A DNA stretch of 44,714 nucleotides from Octopus bimaculoides (GCF_001194135.2 NC_068994.1:29735731-29780444); one strand, 5' to 3'. Shown: positions 25,901 through 37,834, counted from the first letter of the stretch. A program made the numbers and translations. The notes: generated by a model not told the origin, from the sequence alone.

Positions 25901-26970
25901 TATTTACATTACTTACATTATTTACATTTGACGGATATTTGTCCTCATCTTGTTTGTTGTTAACACAACGTATCACGATCGCTACTTATATGTTAGATCA
26001 TGTGAACTCAATAAATCCATCCATACAGTTCAGCATGGAAAAGGAACAGAACAATCAGCTGGCATTCCTGGACGTATTAATAACACGCACCGAGTATGGA
26101 TTCAGGACATCCGTATATCGCAAGCCAACCTTCACTGGACGATACCTTAACTTCAATTCTCACCATCCATACAGTGTAAAGAGAGGAATTGCTCAGTGCC
26201 TAAAACATCGAGCAAAGAATATAAGTAGCGATCGTGATACCCACCACGAGGAAATGATCAAGCTCAGTAACAATCTATTAAGAAACAACTACCCCAAGAA
26301 CATACTATCTACTCCAATTATGAAGAAAAGAGAGGATGAAACCAATAAACTGTCTACAGTCTGTCTACCCNNNNNNNNNNNNNNNNNNNNNNNNNNNNNN
26401 NNNNNNNNNNNNNNNNNNNNNNNNNNNNNNNNNNNNNNNNNNNNNNNNNNNNNNNNNNNNNNNNNNNNNNNNNNNNNNNNNNNNNNNNNNNNNNNNNNNN
26501 NNNNNNNNNNNNNNNNNNNNNNNNNNNNNNNNNNNNNNNNNNNNNNNNNNNNNNNNNNNNNNNNNNNNNNNNNNNNNNNNNNNNNNNNNNNNNNNNNNNN
26601 NNNNNNNNNNNNNNNNNNNNNNNNNNNNNNNNNNNNNNNNNNNNNNNNNNNNNNNTATAGCTGATCATGTATGGCAAAATGAAGACCACCTCTCCCTGTG
26701 GGATGAAGTTAAAATAATAGACAGGGAACAACACTGGAAAATACGAAAACTAAAAGAAGCAGCACATATGCTAGGACACAACAACCTCCTAAGCAGACCG
26801 AGTGCAGATATGAACAGCATGTGGGAACCGGTATTAAGGAAGGATAGGAAAATATTAGATTTATAAGCCCGAAAATTCACTCCATAATTGCCCACGGGCA
26901 TATGACGTAGTGGTTAAGAGCGCGGGCTACTAGCCCCAAGATTCTGAGTTTGATTCACGGCAGCGACCTG

Positions 26971-27007
<37 letters not shown>

Positions 27008-27160
27008 TAATAATAGTAACATCGTTAGGAATGAGAACCCAGGTTCGAAATTTCCCCAAGACACCTGACGAAGGCTGGAGGGTATATCAGCCGAAACGTT
27101 GTGTTAACAACAAACAAGATGAGGACAAATATCCGTCAAATGCAAATAATGTAAATAATA
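25901..27160 (+). mobile_element. Penelope-like element copy A (5'-truncated RT thumb plus GIY-YIG, 3' module, inverted 5' terminal copy)
   Basis: SIQFSMEKEQNNQLAFLDVLI, VYRKPTFTGRYLNFNSHHP, KLKEAAHM. Closely similar to 35420-36560. 25908-25971 is the reverse complement of 27096-27159. Confidence 0.9.
27060..27105 (+). ncRNA. Minimal type I hammerhead ribozyme motif in the Penelope 3' end
   Basis: GACAC-CTGACGA-A-GGCTG-gagggtatat-CAGCC-GAAA-CGTT-GTGTT. Stem I GACAC/GTGTT, stem II GGCTG/CAGCC, palindromic AACGTT helix III, predicted cut after GUU (27100). One extra A lies between A9 and G10.1. Confidence 0.7.
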
Positions 27161-27674
27161 CCAATAGATTAAATAGACGAAGCTAACTATATTGGGACCG
27201 ATGGATGAAAAGAATATTGGTGGATCTTCAAATTAAAAAAGGCGCCAAGCTAAAAGAAACCGACAAGATGCTGTATGTGACGAGAACGAAAAGATAAGCT
27301 TTGCTGTCCTTTGGATACCAATGTGGTTAGTAAAATATACAGGAGAAAGAGGACATCTATGGACCATTGATAAGGAGTGTGCAGATCCAGTACCCCATCA
27401 TACACTTTCAGATTCATGCTTATTGTAATTGAAGCAACAGGTCACATGCCAACCCGCCTGGAGCAAAATATAGCTGGACTTGGGTTCTTGGGCAGAGAAC
27501 ACAATTCCTTAATACATACACTACAAATGATCACGATATGGGATTATAAAAATCTGCAAAACCTTATTAAGATTTAAGGGATGATGAACAAAACAGGATG
27601 TCTTCCTTCGCGACCTTGTCACCAAGGAGGTAACTGGTCAAAATTAACTTTAAATTAAAAATAGAAATAGAACA

Positions 27675-27760
27675 TACACACACACACACACACATATATA
27701 TATACACACACATGCATACATACGTATATACATACATACATACATACATACATACATACT
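27675..27760. repeat. (CA)n/(ATAC)n microsatellite
   Basis: Direct reading of the sequence. Confidence 0.9.
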
Positions 27761-27769
27761 GGTGAAATG

Positions 27770-28150
27770 TCCCTGTGAAAACCTCGATAAAATGCTATCA
27801 TAACGTACCAGACATAAGGATTTTGAACAGAGAAGAGAAACCATGTACAATAGTGCAAGTCAGTTGCCCAGCAAAAATCAACATAAAGCTAAAGATAAGC
27901 AGAAAAGAAAACACCAACACTGAACTACTAAGAAACTTACAGCTACTCCACCTCGATTACAAGTTCAGATTTATACCCGTAATTATTGGAGCGCTAGGAT
28001 ATGTCAAAAATTGCCACAGCACCAATTTTGAGGAATTAGGTTTCTCAAAACCAAAAAGGGGAAAGCTGATTAGAAGATTACAGATACAAGCCATTAATGG
28101 AACTGTCAAAATATGTAAAACTTCCAAAAGTTTGGCATTAAAATACATAT
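27770..28150 (+). mobile_element. 3' fragment of a second R4/Dong-type LINE (RLE domain)
   Basis: NVPDIRILNREEKPCTIVQVSCP...KISRKE...LLRNLQLL..DYKFRFIPVIIGALG, a PD-(D/E)xK-type RLE. Confidence 0.8.
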
Positions 28151-28444
28151 TCACAAGTCTCAACATGCAATTATATAATGTGTGAGAATAGATGCATAAA
28201 ACAAAGCATGCGAATCAACACATGCACTAACTCCAGGTATTGTACACATGCACAAATGCCTTGTTATTTATTTAAAATCACAATGAAGGGTTCTTGGATC
28301 TTGGATCTGCTGCTTCTGCTGCTGCTGCTGCTGATGATGTTATTGTTGAGTACTGTTGTTACTGTTAGCTTATGGTTGTTGTTGTTTTTTATTTCATTTG
28401 GCTGTAGTTGTTGTAAGTGTTGAAATAAAACTAAATAAAAACAT

Positions 28445-28830
28445 ACATACCGACCAAAGCCTTGGTAGGCGGAAACTGAAAGAAGCCCGTCGTACACACA
28501 CACACACACACACACGCACACACACACACATATATATATATATGTATGCACGTATGTATGTATGTATGTATGTATGTATGTATGTGTGTGTGTGTGTGTG
28601 TGTGTTTGTGTGTGTTTATGTATATGTCTGTGTTTGTCCCCCACCATCACTTGACAACCGATGCTGGTGTGTTTACATTCCCGTAACTTAGTGGTTCAGG
28701 AAAAGAGACCGATAAAATTATACTAAGCTTACGAGGAATAAGTCTTGGGATCGATTTCTTTGCTTAAAACCCTTTAAGGCGGTGCTCCAGTATGGCCGCA
28801 GTTAAATGACTGAAACAAGCAAAAGAGTAA
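28445..28830 (+). mobile_element. SINE with an internal microsatellite (same family as 17290-17655)
   Basis: gaaactgaaagaagcccgtcgta..., gacaaccgatgctggtgtgttt...ggttcaggaaaagagaccgata..., ccagtatggccgcagt. Confidence 0.8.
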
Positions 28831-28835
28831 AAGAA

Positions 28836-28925
28836 TACACATACATACATACATACATACATACATACATACAAATACATACATACATACATACATACAT
28901 ATTCATACATACATACATACATACA

Positions 28926-28956
<31 letters not shown>

Positions 28957-28970
28957 TCATACACACACAT
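28836..28970. repeat. (ATAC)n microsatellite
   Basis: Direct reading of the sequence. Confidence 0.95.
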
Positions 28971-29008
28971 ACGTTCTGTCCGTACCGCTACACAAGCAAC
29001 ATACTTAC

Positions 29009-29241
29009 GTTGCTTAAGGTCGCATTTGAATTTGTGCCAAATTTTAAAACTTTAATACATTTCAAAGGGCCGCAGTCAGGAATTGTAGAATTAAAGTAAT
29101 CTGCAGAGTTTGGTCGAAAGTCATCGTCGGCCGTGTCCAGTGTAACGTTCAGCGCACAAAAGGCTCCAGAGAATCTCAGCACCACACCATCGTCTATCCC
29201 AATGGATCCAGTTATTGTTTTTACTGATACGGGGTTTTCAG
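29009..29241 (-). CDS. Host gene exon 4 (233 bp, phase 1-0): (A)ENPVSVKTITGSIGIDDGVVLRFSGAFCALNVTLDTADDDFRPNSADYFNSTIPDCGPLKCIKVLKFGTNSNATLSN, the clearest PLAT/LH2 repeat
   Basis: Acceptor ttctattttattcattacag; donor AAC|gtaagt. VSVKT..G, LD...DDFRPNSADYF and DCGPLKCIKV match the PLAT pattern V.VKTG / DDFERGSTD.F / DLG.L..I.I. Confidence 0.9.
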
Positions 29242-29689
29242 CTGTAATGAATAAAATAGAATTAGAATAAACAACTGCTATTTTTGCTGTTGTTGTTTTT
29301 GCTGCTACTGCTACTGCTACTGCTGCTGCTGCTGATGTTATTGTTGAGTACTGTTGTTACTGTTAGCTTATGGTTGTTGTTGCTTTTGTTTTCTTTTGGC
29401 TATTGCTGTAGTTGTTGTAAATGTTGTTACTACTCTGTTTTGTTTTTGGATGCTGTTGTTGCTGCTGCTGTGGTTGTTGTTGTTGTTGCTATTTCTTTGC
29501 AAGTTCCAGATCAGATCTGATCGAACAGATTTATAGGCAGTTGTGCCTTTCTCGTCTGTTATGTATATCTACTACTATATTGTATTTCCTTCCTTTGCTA
29601 AGGTGTACTGTTTCTAGCAGATCGAATATTGGCTTGTGCAACATTACAGTCTGACCTGGATGTATATCTGAACCCGTTTCTTATCTGTT

Positions 29690-31010
29690 ATATTTCTATA
29701 TATAAAGCTATATTCTGTGTATGCATATTTAATAACTATTACGGGATCTCCCTGTTGTCAATTGTTGGCAAAATCCTTGCAAAGATACGTCTTGATTGGT
29801 TGCTGGAGTATGTTGCACCAGACATTCTTCCTGAGTCATACATTTATCTATACAGCCCGTCAGTTTCAAGTGAAGTGCAAAGAGCAACAACTTGATCTAT
29901 ACCAAGATCTTTGACACTGTACATAGGCCAACTCTTTGGGGTGTCCGTTTCAAGCTGAAGTGTCCGGAAAAGTTCACCGGGTATTCGAATTCTTCATGGC
30001 AACATGAAAGCATGGGTTTGTGTCAATCGTGAACTATTACAACCTGTCTCAGTTGAATTTGGTGCTAAACAAGGTGTCTCTTGACTTCTATGTTATTATT
30101 ATCTTGCAAGCCTTTGCGCATAACGATGCTAATATCTACATCTATTACCATACTGAGGAAGATTTACAGCTTATGATGAGTTTGCACTTACAATTAGTCT
30201 TAAGAAGACCATAGTTATGCTAAAACTAACATCACAACTACAACTAGGTAAGCCATATATAGCCAACAGTCGATGATATATGTCAAGGGTAAAGAGTTAA
30301 AAGTCGTGGGTACGTTTGTCTACCTTGGTTGCACACTTTCTAGACTTAATTCCCTTGACAACGATGTCGTTATAGACTTTCTAAGGCCTGTGATGCATTT
30401 GGAAAGCTTGAATCAAGCTCGGCTCACGATCAGACATCAAAACAGCAACAAACTTGATCTATTCAGAGCTGTTGTGTGATGTGAAACCTGGACAAACTAT
30501 CGCAAGTATATCCAACGTCTGGAGCGATTCTACCAGTGATGCTTGCGTAATATTCTGAAGATCTCATGTGCCTGATACGAGAACACTGGAGTTGACGAAA
30601 TGATTATGAAAGAACTTAGTCTGGTCATCTTGTCCACTTAGAGGACACTCGTATGCCAAAACAGGTGCTGTATGAAGAACTGGGACAAGAAAAACATCTC
30701 CAGTGCAAGCTACGCAAGCGTTTCAAAGCGAACCTCAGAGACACACTTAAGAAGTTCAATATCAATTCTAACACCTGGGAAGATCTTGCATCAAATAGGG
30801 AGGAATCTGATTGCTATGTATACTAGAGAATTTGAGAGAAACAGAGATGCATACATTGAGTTGATATGTGCTGGTAACTATAGGAAAGACGTGAACCCTG
30901 TCGTATCTGCTTCTCAAAAGTAGGTCTATTCAGCCTCAGATGTAATCACAGGAACATCCCCAGTATGATTTCTTGTGCACCTTGTGTGTACACAATGTGT
31001 GTAGATCAGT
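29690..31010 (+). mobile_element. RTE-clade LINE fragment (RT to 3' end), 5'-truncated with internal deletions
   Basis: GISLLSIVGKILAKI, KLKCPEKF, FAHNDA..H, LKVVGTFVYLG, CETWT.YR, RMPKQVLY.EL, KRFK. Confidence 0.85.
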
Positions 31011-31364
31011 CAAAGGACTCACTCGACATTATAAATTCCAACATCTACATAGTGAGGCTGCTAATGAAAAACAATATTAAATGACTTGAAGGTCCCTTAC
31101 TGACTTTAAGAGCCTTAAGAGAATCCTCTGCGATGACGAAACCAAACGTAGTGTTTCTGTTTTTTAGAATGAAATAAGTTTGTTTAAGAAGTGTTCATAC
31201 TCGGTCATGAGTTTTATGTATCTATGCATGAATATGACAGTACATGTTTGTATGTCCTTATTCAGTTTATTTCAAGATTTCTTGTCAATAGAGAAAGAAC
31301 CGGTTTCTAACCTATTTCCAAGGTTCCTTCATTGGAATTTCAACATCAACAACAGGGTATTTTT

Positions 31365-31739
31365 GTATGTATGTATATATGCATGTATGTATTATGTATG
31401 TATGTATGTATGTATGCATGTATTAGGTATGTATGTATGTATGTATGTGTTAGGTATGTATGTATGTATGTATGTATGTATGTATGTACGTATGTATGCA
31501 TGTATTAGGTATGTATGTATGTGTATGTATATGAATGTGTGTATGCATATATGTATGTATATGTTTGTATATGAAGTCTGAATGTGTACGAATGCATGTA
31601 TACAAGTATGTGTCCACGCATGCGTGTATATATGAATGCATATGTATGTATACGTATAGATGTGTGTATTAGTTTAAGACTCTATCTATCTATCTGTCTA
31701 TCTATCTATCTTTCTTTCTATCTATCTAANNNNNNNNNN

Positions 31740-31797
<58 letters not shown>

Positions 31798-31820
31798 CGT
31801 GCGTGTGCGTGTGTGTGATA
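31365..31820. repeat. Compound (ATGT)n/(CTAT)n/(GT)n microsatellite
   Basis: Direct reading of the sequence. Confidence 0.9.
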
Positions 31821-33229
31821 TAACTATTTAGCCGTATGATATCCCAAGGATTACGGCCGTTTTGTAGCCTTCTTCATGTATCATAATTTCAGTGTGGAAT
31901 AGAATTATGCTTACATGTTTGCATTAATATGCATGCTATGCATTATACACAGCAAATCAAATAAAGAAAGTCAACGATTCAACTCCAGTTATACATACAA
32001 TTTTTTTTTGTTTGTGCATACGATGTATGGAAGCCCGAAATTTGCTTCAGTGAGAATGAAGATATGTTGTTTCATATAAATTAAGGTGCCAAACAGAAGT
32101 TCAGAGAGTTGACCATGTATATGTATGTATTATGAATGTTAGTATATATATGCATGTGTGCACGCATGTCTGCATGTATTGCATGTATGAATGTATCATT
32201 TGATAGATTTAGCTGGTGGATAGAATCCATAGAAGCTTTTTGGCCTCACTTAGCCGTAGAAAATGAAATCAATGATCTACTAGCAGAGCAAAAACCATTT
32301 CGAAAGAGAACCAAATATTTTCAGTTCTAAGAAAAAAAAACTTGACATCATAGACAAATGGTTGACATAATACAGATGAAGTGGGATACAATAGGTGTGA
32401 AATAATTTTATGAATTAGAAAATAAAAGTCTATTTGTTTGTTTTTTCAGTCTGGTGGGAGGAAAAAAGAGAGTTATCTTCAAACTTGAGTGTATTCCACT
32501 AAAGTTACCCAAGTGTCAGTTGGTGGTGTTTAACAAGGCAACAGATTTGAAATTTATCAGAAAATACAACTCTATTTATCCTTTATTAGTGTAATAAATA
32601 CATCTTGTGTGTGATAAATACCAAATTAGGTACGATGAACATCATACTGTGTGTAACAAATACCATATTACGTGTGATAAGTACCACACTGTGCGTGATA
32701 ACTATCATATGTGTGGGGCGAATTTTATGTTGTTTCTCAACTTGGCAGAAATATCTCCCTGATCTCCTTCAAACCACATCCTGCTGTCTTAATAAAGGAC
32801 ACATTACATAAAGCAGTCTAAAGTGAACTTTTGTTGAAAATGTAGGGTGATGGCTATGGCTGATATGACTTTTGATCATGAGTTCGCTCGGTCAGAGCCG
32901 ACTAAGAAGTACATAACAACAACAACAACAACAGCAAAAGCAGCAACAGCAACACCAGCAGTAACAACAACAAGTAAATGAAGTAAATATTTCGTATTAA
33001 GATCATAAGTTCTCGGTGAGTAATGTTGCGAATCTTTTTTCCGATTCTGTTTGGTTGCTATTTCTAAAAAATTGTTGCTAATCTAATTGGAGAGGAGATA
33101 ATGTAGTCAACACCAACACAGTGTAGCGAGCTAGATTTTAATTAATCAAGTCTTTAATTTATAAACGCTGCTCTGCAATGATACATTGAATGAATGCCTA
33201 CACCTGCATAAAGCAGACAAGGATGACAA

Positions 33230-33698
33230 CTCTATCCTCTCCATCTACCATTCCTGGGAGGGTCGTGGGGCGTAGAGTCCTCAGACGTCTCCTGCATAGG
33301 ATCCCACCAGAAGCAACTGTCATTGTACTTTCTGGTTGGATTGCAAAGTGTGACTAAATAAGACTATGGATATTATCCAACCATCTTGTTCTTGCTCTAT
33401 CCCATCCCTACGTCTCCTGCTGTATGATTCGGTTTGAAGGATTTGCCTGCGATACTTTCCTGCGATATTCTGAGCAAACGTCCGTAATACAAGAGCCGAG
33501 ACTTCACGATGCGGAACAGCAACGGCTCGACCTGGAAAGATAAAATTCTGTAAGCGTTTTGCCCGACGTGCTAACGACTCTGCCAGCTCGCCAAGTGTTT
33601 TCGCCCAATAAACACTCACAACGCCCGGTCTGGAAATCGAAACCGCGATCTCTTGACCGTGAGTCCGCTGCCCTAACCACTGGACCATTGCGCATCCA
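33230..33698 (-). mobile_element. Chimeric SINE region: tRNA-derived head (33595-33698) plus fragments of other repeats
   Basis: Reverse complement tggatgcgcaatggtccagtggttagggcagcggactcacggtcaagagatcgcggtttcgatttccagaccgggcgttgtg, the same family as 5319. Confidence 0.7.
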
Positions 33699-33933
33699 CA
33701 CCAGACATTAAAAATAAACATTGAGGTCGATTTTTTCAACTAGGAACTTCAAGATGTAGCCTGGCATGGCTGCAGTCCAATGCCTGGAACAAGTAAAAGA
33801 TAAAGGAAAAAACAAGTAGTCTTAGGAAAAGCAAGCTCATAAATTCTCGTTTCCTGTCATTTATATACGTGATGGAGATTACCTGCTGACACAAGAAATC
33901 ATTTATGATGTTTTTATTTTTTTTCTCTCTTAC

Positions 33934-34024
33934 CTTTATTGTGAATGACATAGAGTTGTTCTGTGAGGATTTCGCCATGCACGAATGTGTATGACATGTT
34001 GCACGCATCACTGAACGCTATCAC
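33934..34024 (-). CDS. Host gene exon 3 (91 bp, phase 0-1): VIAFSDACNMSYTFVHGEILTEQLYVIHNK
   Basis: Acceptor ttctgtataattcag; donor AAAG|gtaaga. Continues the LNVDE end of exon 34711-34500. SYTF resembles the PLAT Y.F strand. Confidence 0.85.
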
Positions 34025-34499
34025 CTGAATTATACAGAATTACATAGATTTAAATAAAACAGGTAAAGTGTGATTTATAATATATGAAATATCGCAATGT
34101 TGTGAAAATATATATGCTAAACTTGCTAAATATAACATATATGATCTGTAGTGTGTGATCTGTGACCTATGGAAACAACAAACGTTCTGAAATATATGAA
34201 AGTAGGTAAAAAGGGTGAAATGTAATATGTGATAACCTAAACATTATATTTCATTTGTTATGTAAGGTAGCAAGCTGACAGAATCGTTGGTACGCGGGAT
34301 AAAAAAAAATGCGGGATCTGTGGGTCGTGCCTCTGGCTGTATAACGACAATAACGACAGCTGCTATCATTCCTATCACTTGTAAAAAGAGAAAAATAATT
34401 CGTAATTAAATAGTAATTCGTTATTTTAATTTTTAACTGAAATATTGTACATTAGGAAAAGGGAATATTGTGAAAATAGTGTTGACGATGTATAGTTAC

Positions 34500-34711
34500 C
34501 TCATCTACATTCAGTTTCAAACTATTGGGTGCCGCCATGTAAAAACTACTTATCTGTTTACATAGCAAGCCAGGTACGAGGAAAATATCTGTGAAACCGG
34601 ACCTGATTCCCGACACTTTATGAACTTCTTTTTTATTTATTATAAGCGTAAGGTTATTGACCGGGAATTCTGAACTGGCGTTAGATTTAACCAATAACAG
34701 CCAATTATAAT
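34500..34711 (-). CDS. Host gene exon 2 (212 bp, phase 1-0): (D)YNWLLLVKSNASSEFPVNNLTLIINKKEVHKVSGIRSGFTDIFLVPGLLCKQISSFYMAAPNSLKLNVDE
   Basis: Acceptor tgctatttaatttcag; donor GAG|gtaact. IRSGFTDIFLV resembles PLAT FERGSTDTF.V. Confidence 0.85.
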
Positions 34712-35419
34712 CTGAAATTAAATAGCAATACAGATAACCAATGACAATAAAACAGTTGTAATTAATAGAAGGGAGAATAAGTGGTAATCAATTAACTAAA
34801 GAGATATCATATATGACTGGATGCCAGCAAGAGCTCAAAATCTATTCTCACAAGGACACCTATGAGTATGCAGAGTTTGTATAATTGTTTAGTGGCTTAG
34901 AGCAGGAAGTGGTTGCTCGAAAACCTAACTAGGGCCACTTTAGATTGTAAGACTAAATCTATCTCGAGCCTGACCCAAATGCTTTCAACAGAATGAGCCC
35001 CAGTAAGTCCATCCAAGCATCAGGTGGTGATTTTGAACGGAGGGATGGATTATGAATAGATAACGTTCCTCTTATGGACTTTGTCAGAAGGAATTCCTTG
35101 GCGCTATTACAGGTACATTCCACTGAATAATGTTACTTAATATAATATATTTTGATTTAATTTATTTAATGAACTAATATTCTACTTTAATTTATTTTAT
35201 TCATTTATCTTTATATTTCCTAGCATCACAAACTGCGCTCGTTTATGGATACATAACACCCTTTCTTCAGATTATTTTCTTGTTTGCATATATTTAATAC
35301 ACCGCTCTTTTTCTTAAGAGTGTATATATATTTGTTGTGTATATTTTACAGGTGTCTATAGGAATCTATTTATGTATATTTAGTATCCACATATTTATCT
35401 TCTTGCGGATCCCACCAAG

Positions 35420-36560
35420 AAGATGTCCAAGTGTTGTTAGATCATGTGAACTCAATAAAGCCATCCATACACAATGGAAAAGTATAAAGACAGGCTGGCA
35501 TTCCTGGACGTATTTATAACACGCACCAAGTATGGATTCATGACATCCGTATACCGCAAGCCGACTTTTACTGGACGATACCTCAACTTCAATTCCCACC
35601 ATCCATACAGTGTAAAGAGAGGGATTGCTCAGTGCCTAAAACATCAGGCAAAGAATATAAGTAGCGATCGCGATACACACCACGAAGAAATGATCAAGCT
35701 CAATAACGATCTGTTAAGCAACAACTACCCTGAAAGTATACTATCTGCTCTAATTATGAAGAAAAGAGAGGATGAGGCCAATAAACTGTCCACAGTCTGT
35801 CTACCCTATGTGAAAGGCCTCTCCGAAAAGATACAAAAGATATGCGGCCCATATGACATCAGCACAGTATTCAAGAGTAATACAACACTTCGCAAATATC
35901 TCCTTCAAGTAAAACCACCAATGGAAGAGAATACGACCAAAGACTGCGTGTACTCAATCCCATGCAGCTGTGGTAGGTTATACAAAGGCGATACAAATAA
36001 GAGTAGACGAACATCGCAAAGCTGTGACACGAGAAGATATTGATAAATCGGGTATAGCTGATCATGTATGGAAAAATGGAGGTCACCTCCCCCTGTGGGA
36101 TGAAGTTAAAATAATAGACAGAGAACACCACTGAAAAATACGAAAACTAAAAGAAGCTGCCCATATGCTAGGACACAACAAGCTCCTAAGCAGACCGAGT
36201 GCAGATATGAGCAGCATATAGGAACCGGTATTAAGGAAGGATAGAAAAATATTAGATTTATAAATCCTGAAATTCGCTCCATAATTGCCCACGGGCATAT
36301 GGCGTAGTGGTTAAGAGCGCGGGCTACTAACCCCAAGATTCCGAGTTCGATTCCAAGAATATTAATAATAATAATAACATCAAAAATACCTTAGGAATGA
36401 GAATCCAGGTTCGAAATTTCCCCAAAACACCTGAAGGTTGGAGGGTATATCAGCCGAAACGTTGTGTTAACAACAAACAAGATGAGGACAAATATCCGTC
36501 GAATGTAAATAATGTAAATAGTGTAAATAATGTACATAATTTCTCATCTCTTAAATATAG
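35420..36560 (+). mobile_element. Penelope-like element copy B (RT thumb plus GIY-YIG and 3' module)
   Basis: LAFLDVFI, VYRKPTFTGRYLNFNSHHP, CLPYVKGLSEKIQKI, CVYSIPCSCGRLYKG. In-frame stop and frameshift near the end. Same 3' UTR as copy A. Confidence 0.9.
36293..36355 (+). promoter_or_regulatory. tRNA-derived Pol III promoter (A and B boxes) embedded in the Penelope 3' UTR; second copy at 26896-26975
   Basis: A-box TGGCGTAGTGG (36300-36310) and B-box GAGTTCGATTCC (36343-36354). No acceptor stem, so not a tRNA gene. Confidence 0.65.
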
Positions 36561-36565
36561 AACTG

Positions 36566-36567
<2 letters not shown>

Positions 36568-36635
<68 letters not shown>

Positions 36636-36650
36636 AGAGAGAGAAAGAGG
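36568..36650. repeat. (TA)n/(GA)n microsatellite
   Basis: Direct reading of the sequence. Confidence 0.95.
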
Positions 36651-37397
36651 AGAGGAGAAACAAAGAATTCATAATTATTGTGGTAGGAAGTTGAAGATTA
36701 AAAATATATATTGAATACGTATGTATACACGTGTGTATGTGTGTGTGTGTATGTAGGCGTGAGTATGTGTATGTGTGTGTATAATACTTTGGTTAGACAA
36801 ATTCAGATGTGCTTTGTGAAATTTATGTGTTTTGGGTTACACCATATATCGTTCTTACATATTGAGTTTTTTTATTTCTTTCCTAGCCATAAGAGAACTC
36901 TGGAAGAATTTTCACTCTTTAGTAGGACAAGATTTTTTTTCCAGTTGCATATAAATGCGCTTGCTCCGTTACCCATATACATCTTGATTGTTTTATATTC
37001 AACACATCGTGGCCGACTTATTTACTTTTAGGCTTCACGGTAATCATTCTACGCCGTCTGAAGGGGCAAACTGTCAACGAAATTTGTAAGCGTTCCTGAA
37101 TGCTATCGCAAAGGTAATATGCGTATATTTCCTTCATGTAGGTATATTTAAATTCATTAGTTTAATTTATATATTTCAAAAAGGTATTAGTCATAACCCC
37201 AACTCAATTCTAATTATTTTCAGAGGGCTTTTTATATACTTAGATTATAATAATTATGATTCCTTCTCTTATTTTAATCAACCTAAACTTATGAGAGAAA
37301 GCACTTGCCTAAGGCATCGTACAAACATGCCTACGGCATTCGATTTGTTGAATAAAAGAATGGAACACCATTGCGAAAGAGTTATTTTTATACATAC

Positions 37398-37485
37398 CAT
37401 TGAAAGTTGCTTTGCATCCAAGTGCCTTTTGTGTTAGTGTCATCGCGACAAAATGTACAATTTTAGTTACAAACTTAAGAGTCAC
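37398..37485 (-). CDS. Host gene exon 1 in window (88 bp, phase 0-1): VTLKFVTKIVHFVAMTLTQKALGCKATFN
   Basis: Acceptor atatatttctttcag; donor AATG|gtatgt. Same size and phase class as the other second-half exons; G|AT joins in frame to exon 34711. Confidence 0.75.
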
Positions 37486-37834
37486 CTGAAAGAAATATAT
37501 GAATACATGTAAATATGAGCGCGCGTTTGTGCGTATGCACTCATGCGCGTGAGTACATACACACGCCCGCATACACATATGCACACACACACACTCACTC
37601 ACTCACACACTCAACACTTACTCATCCACACACATGCAAAATACAAACAGTGAGCGTACCGAACTCCAAATAGGATTCAGTACACGTTATNNNNNNNNNN
37701 NNNNNNNNNNNNNNNNNNNNNNNNNNNNNNNNNNNNNNNNNNNNNNNNNNNNNNNNNNNNNNNNNNNNNNNNNNNNNNNNNNNNNNNNNNNNNNNNNNNN
37801 NNNNNNNNNNNNNNNNNNNNNNNNNNNNNNNNNN

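Larger units (their letters stand above)
23830..27580 (+). mobile_element. R4/Dong-type LINE with restriction-like endonuclease, decayed and interrupted by a Penelope element at ~25900-27160
   Basis: WLNYQKAFDSI.H, IHQGDSL, FVDDLK, GMKFG..K, YKYLG, RLY..RK.G, CKLCKTKIEDINHIIVNC...RHDVVA. After the insertion the element resumes with a W-DLQIK segment and SKIQEKEDIYGPLIR-like and IVIEATG-like RLE segments. Confidence 0.8.

Noticed and set aside
32136-32330. Plus-strand ORF ending FSWWIESIEAFWPHLAVENEINDLLAEQKPFRKRTKYFQF
   Set aside because: Protein-like but isolated, begins in a microsatellite, weak acceptor. The good-looking minus-strand acceptor at the same place is closed in all three frames.
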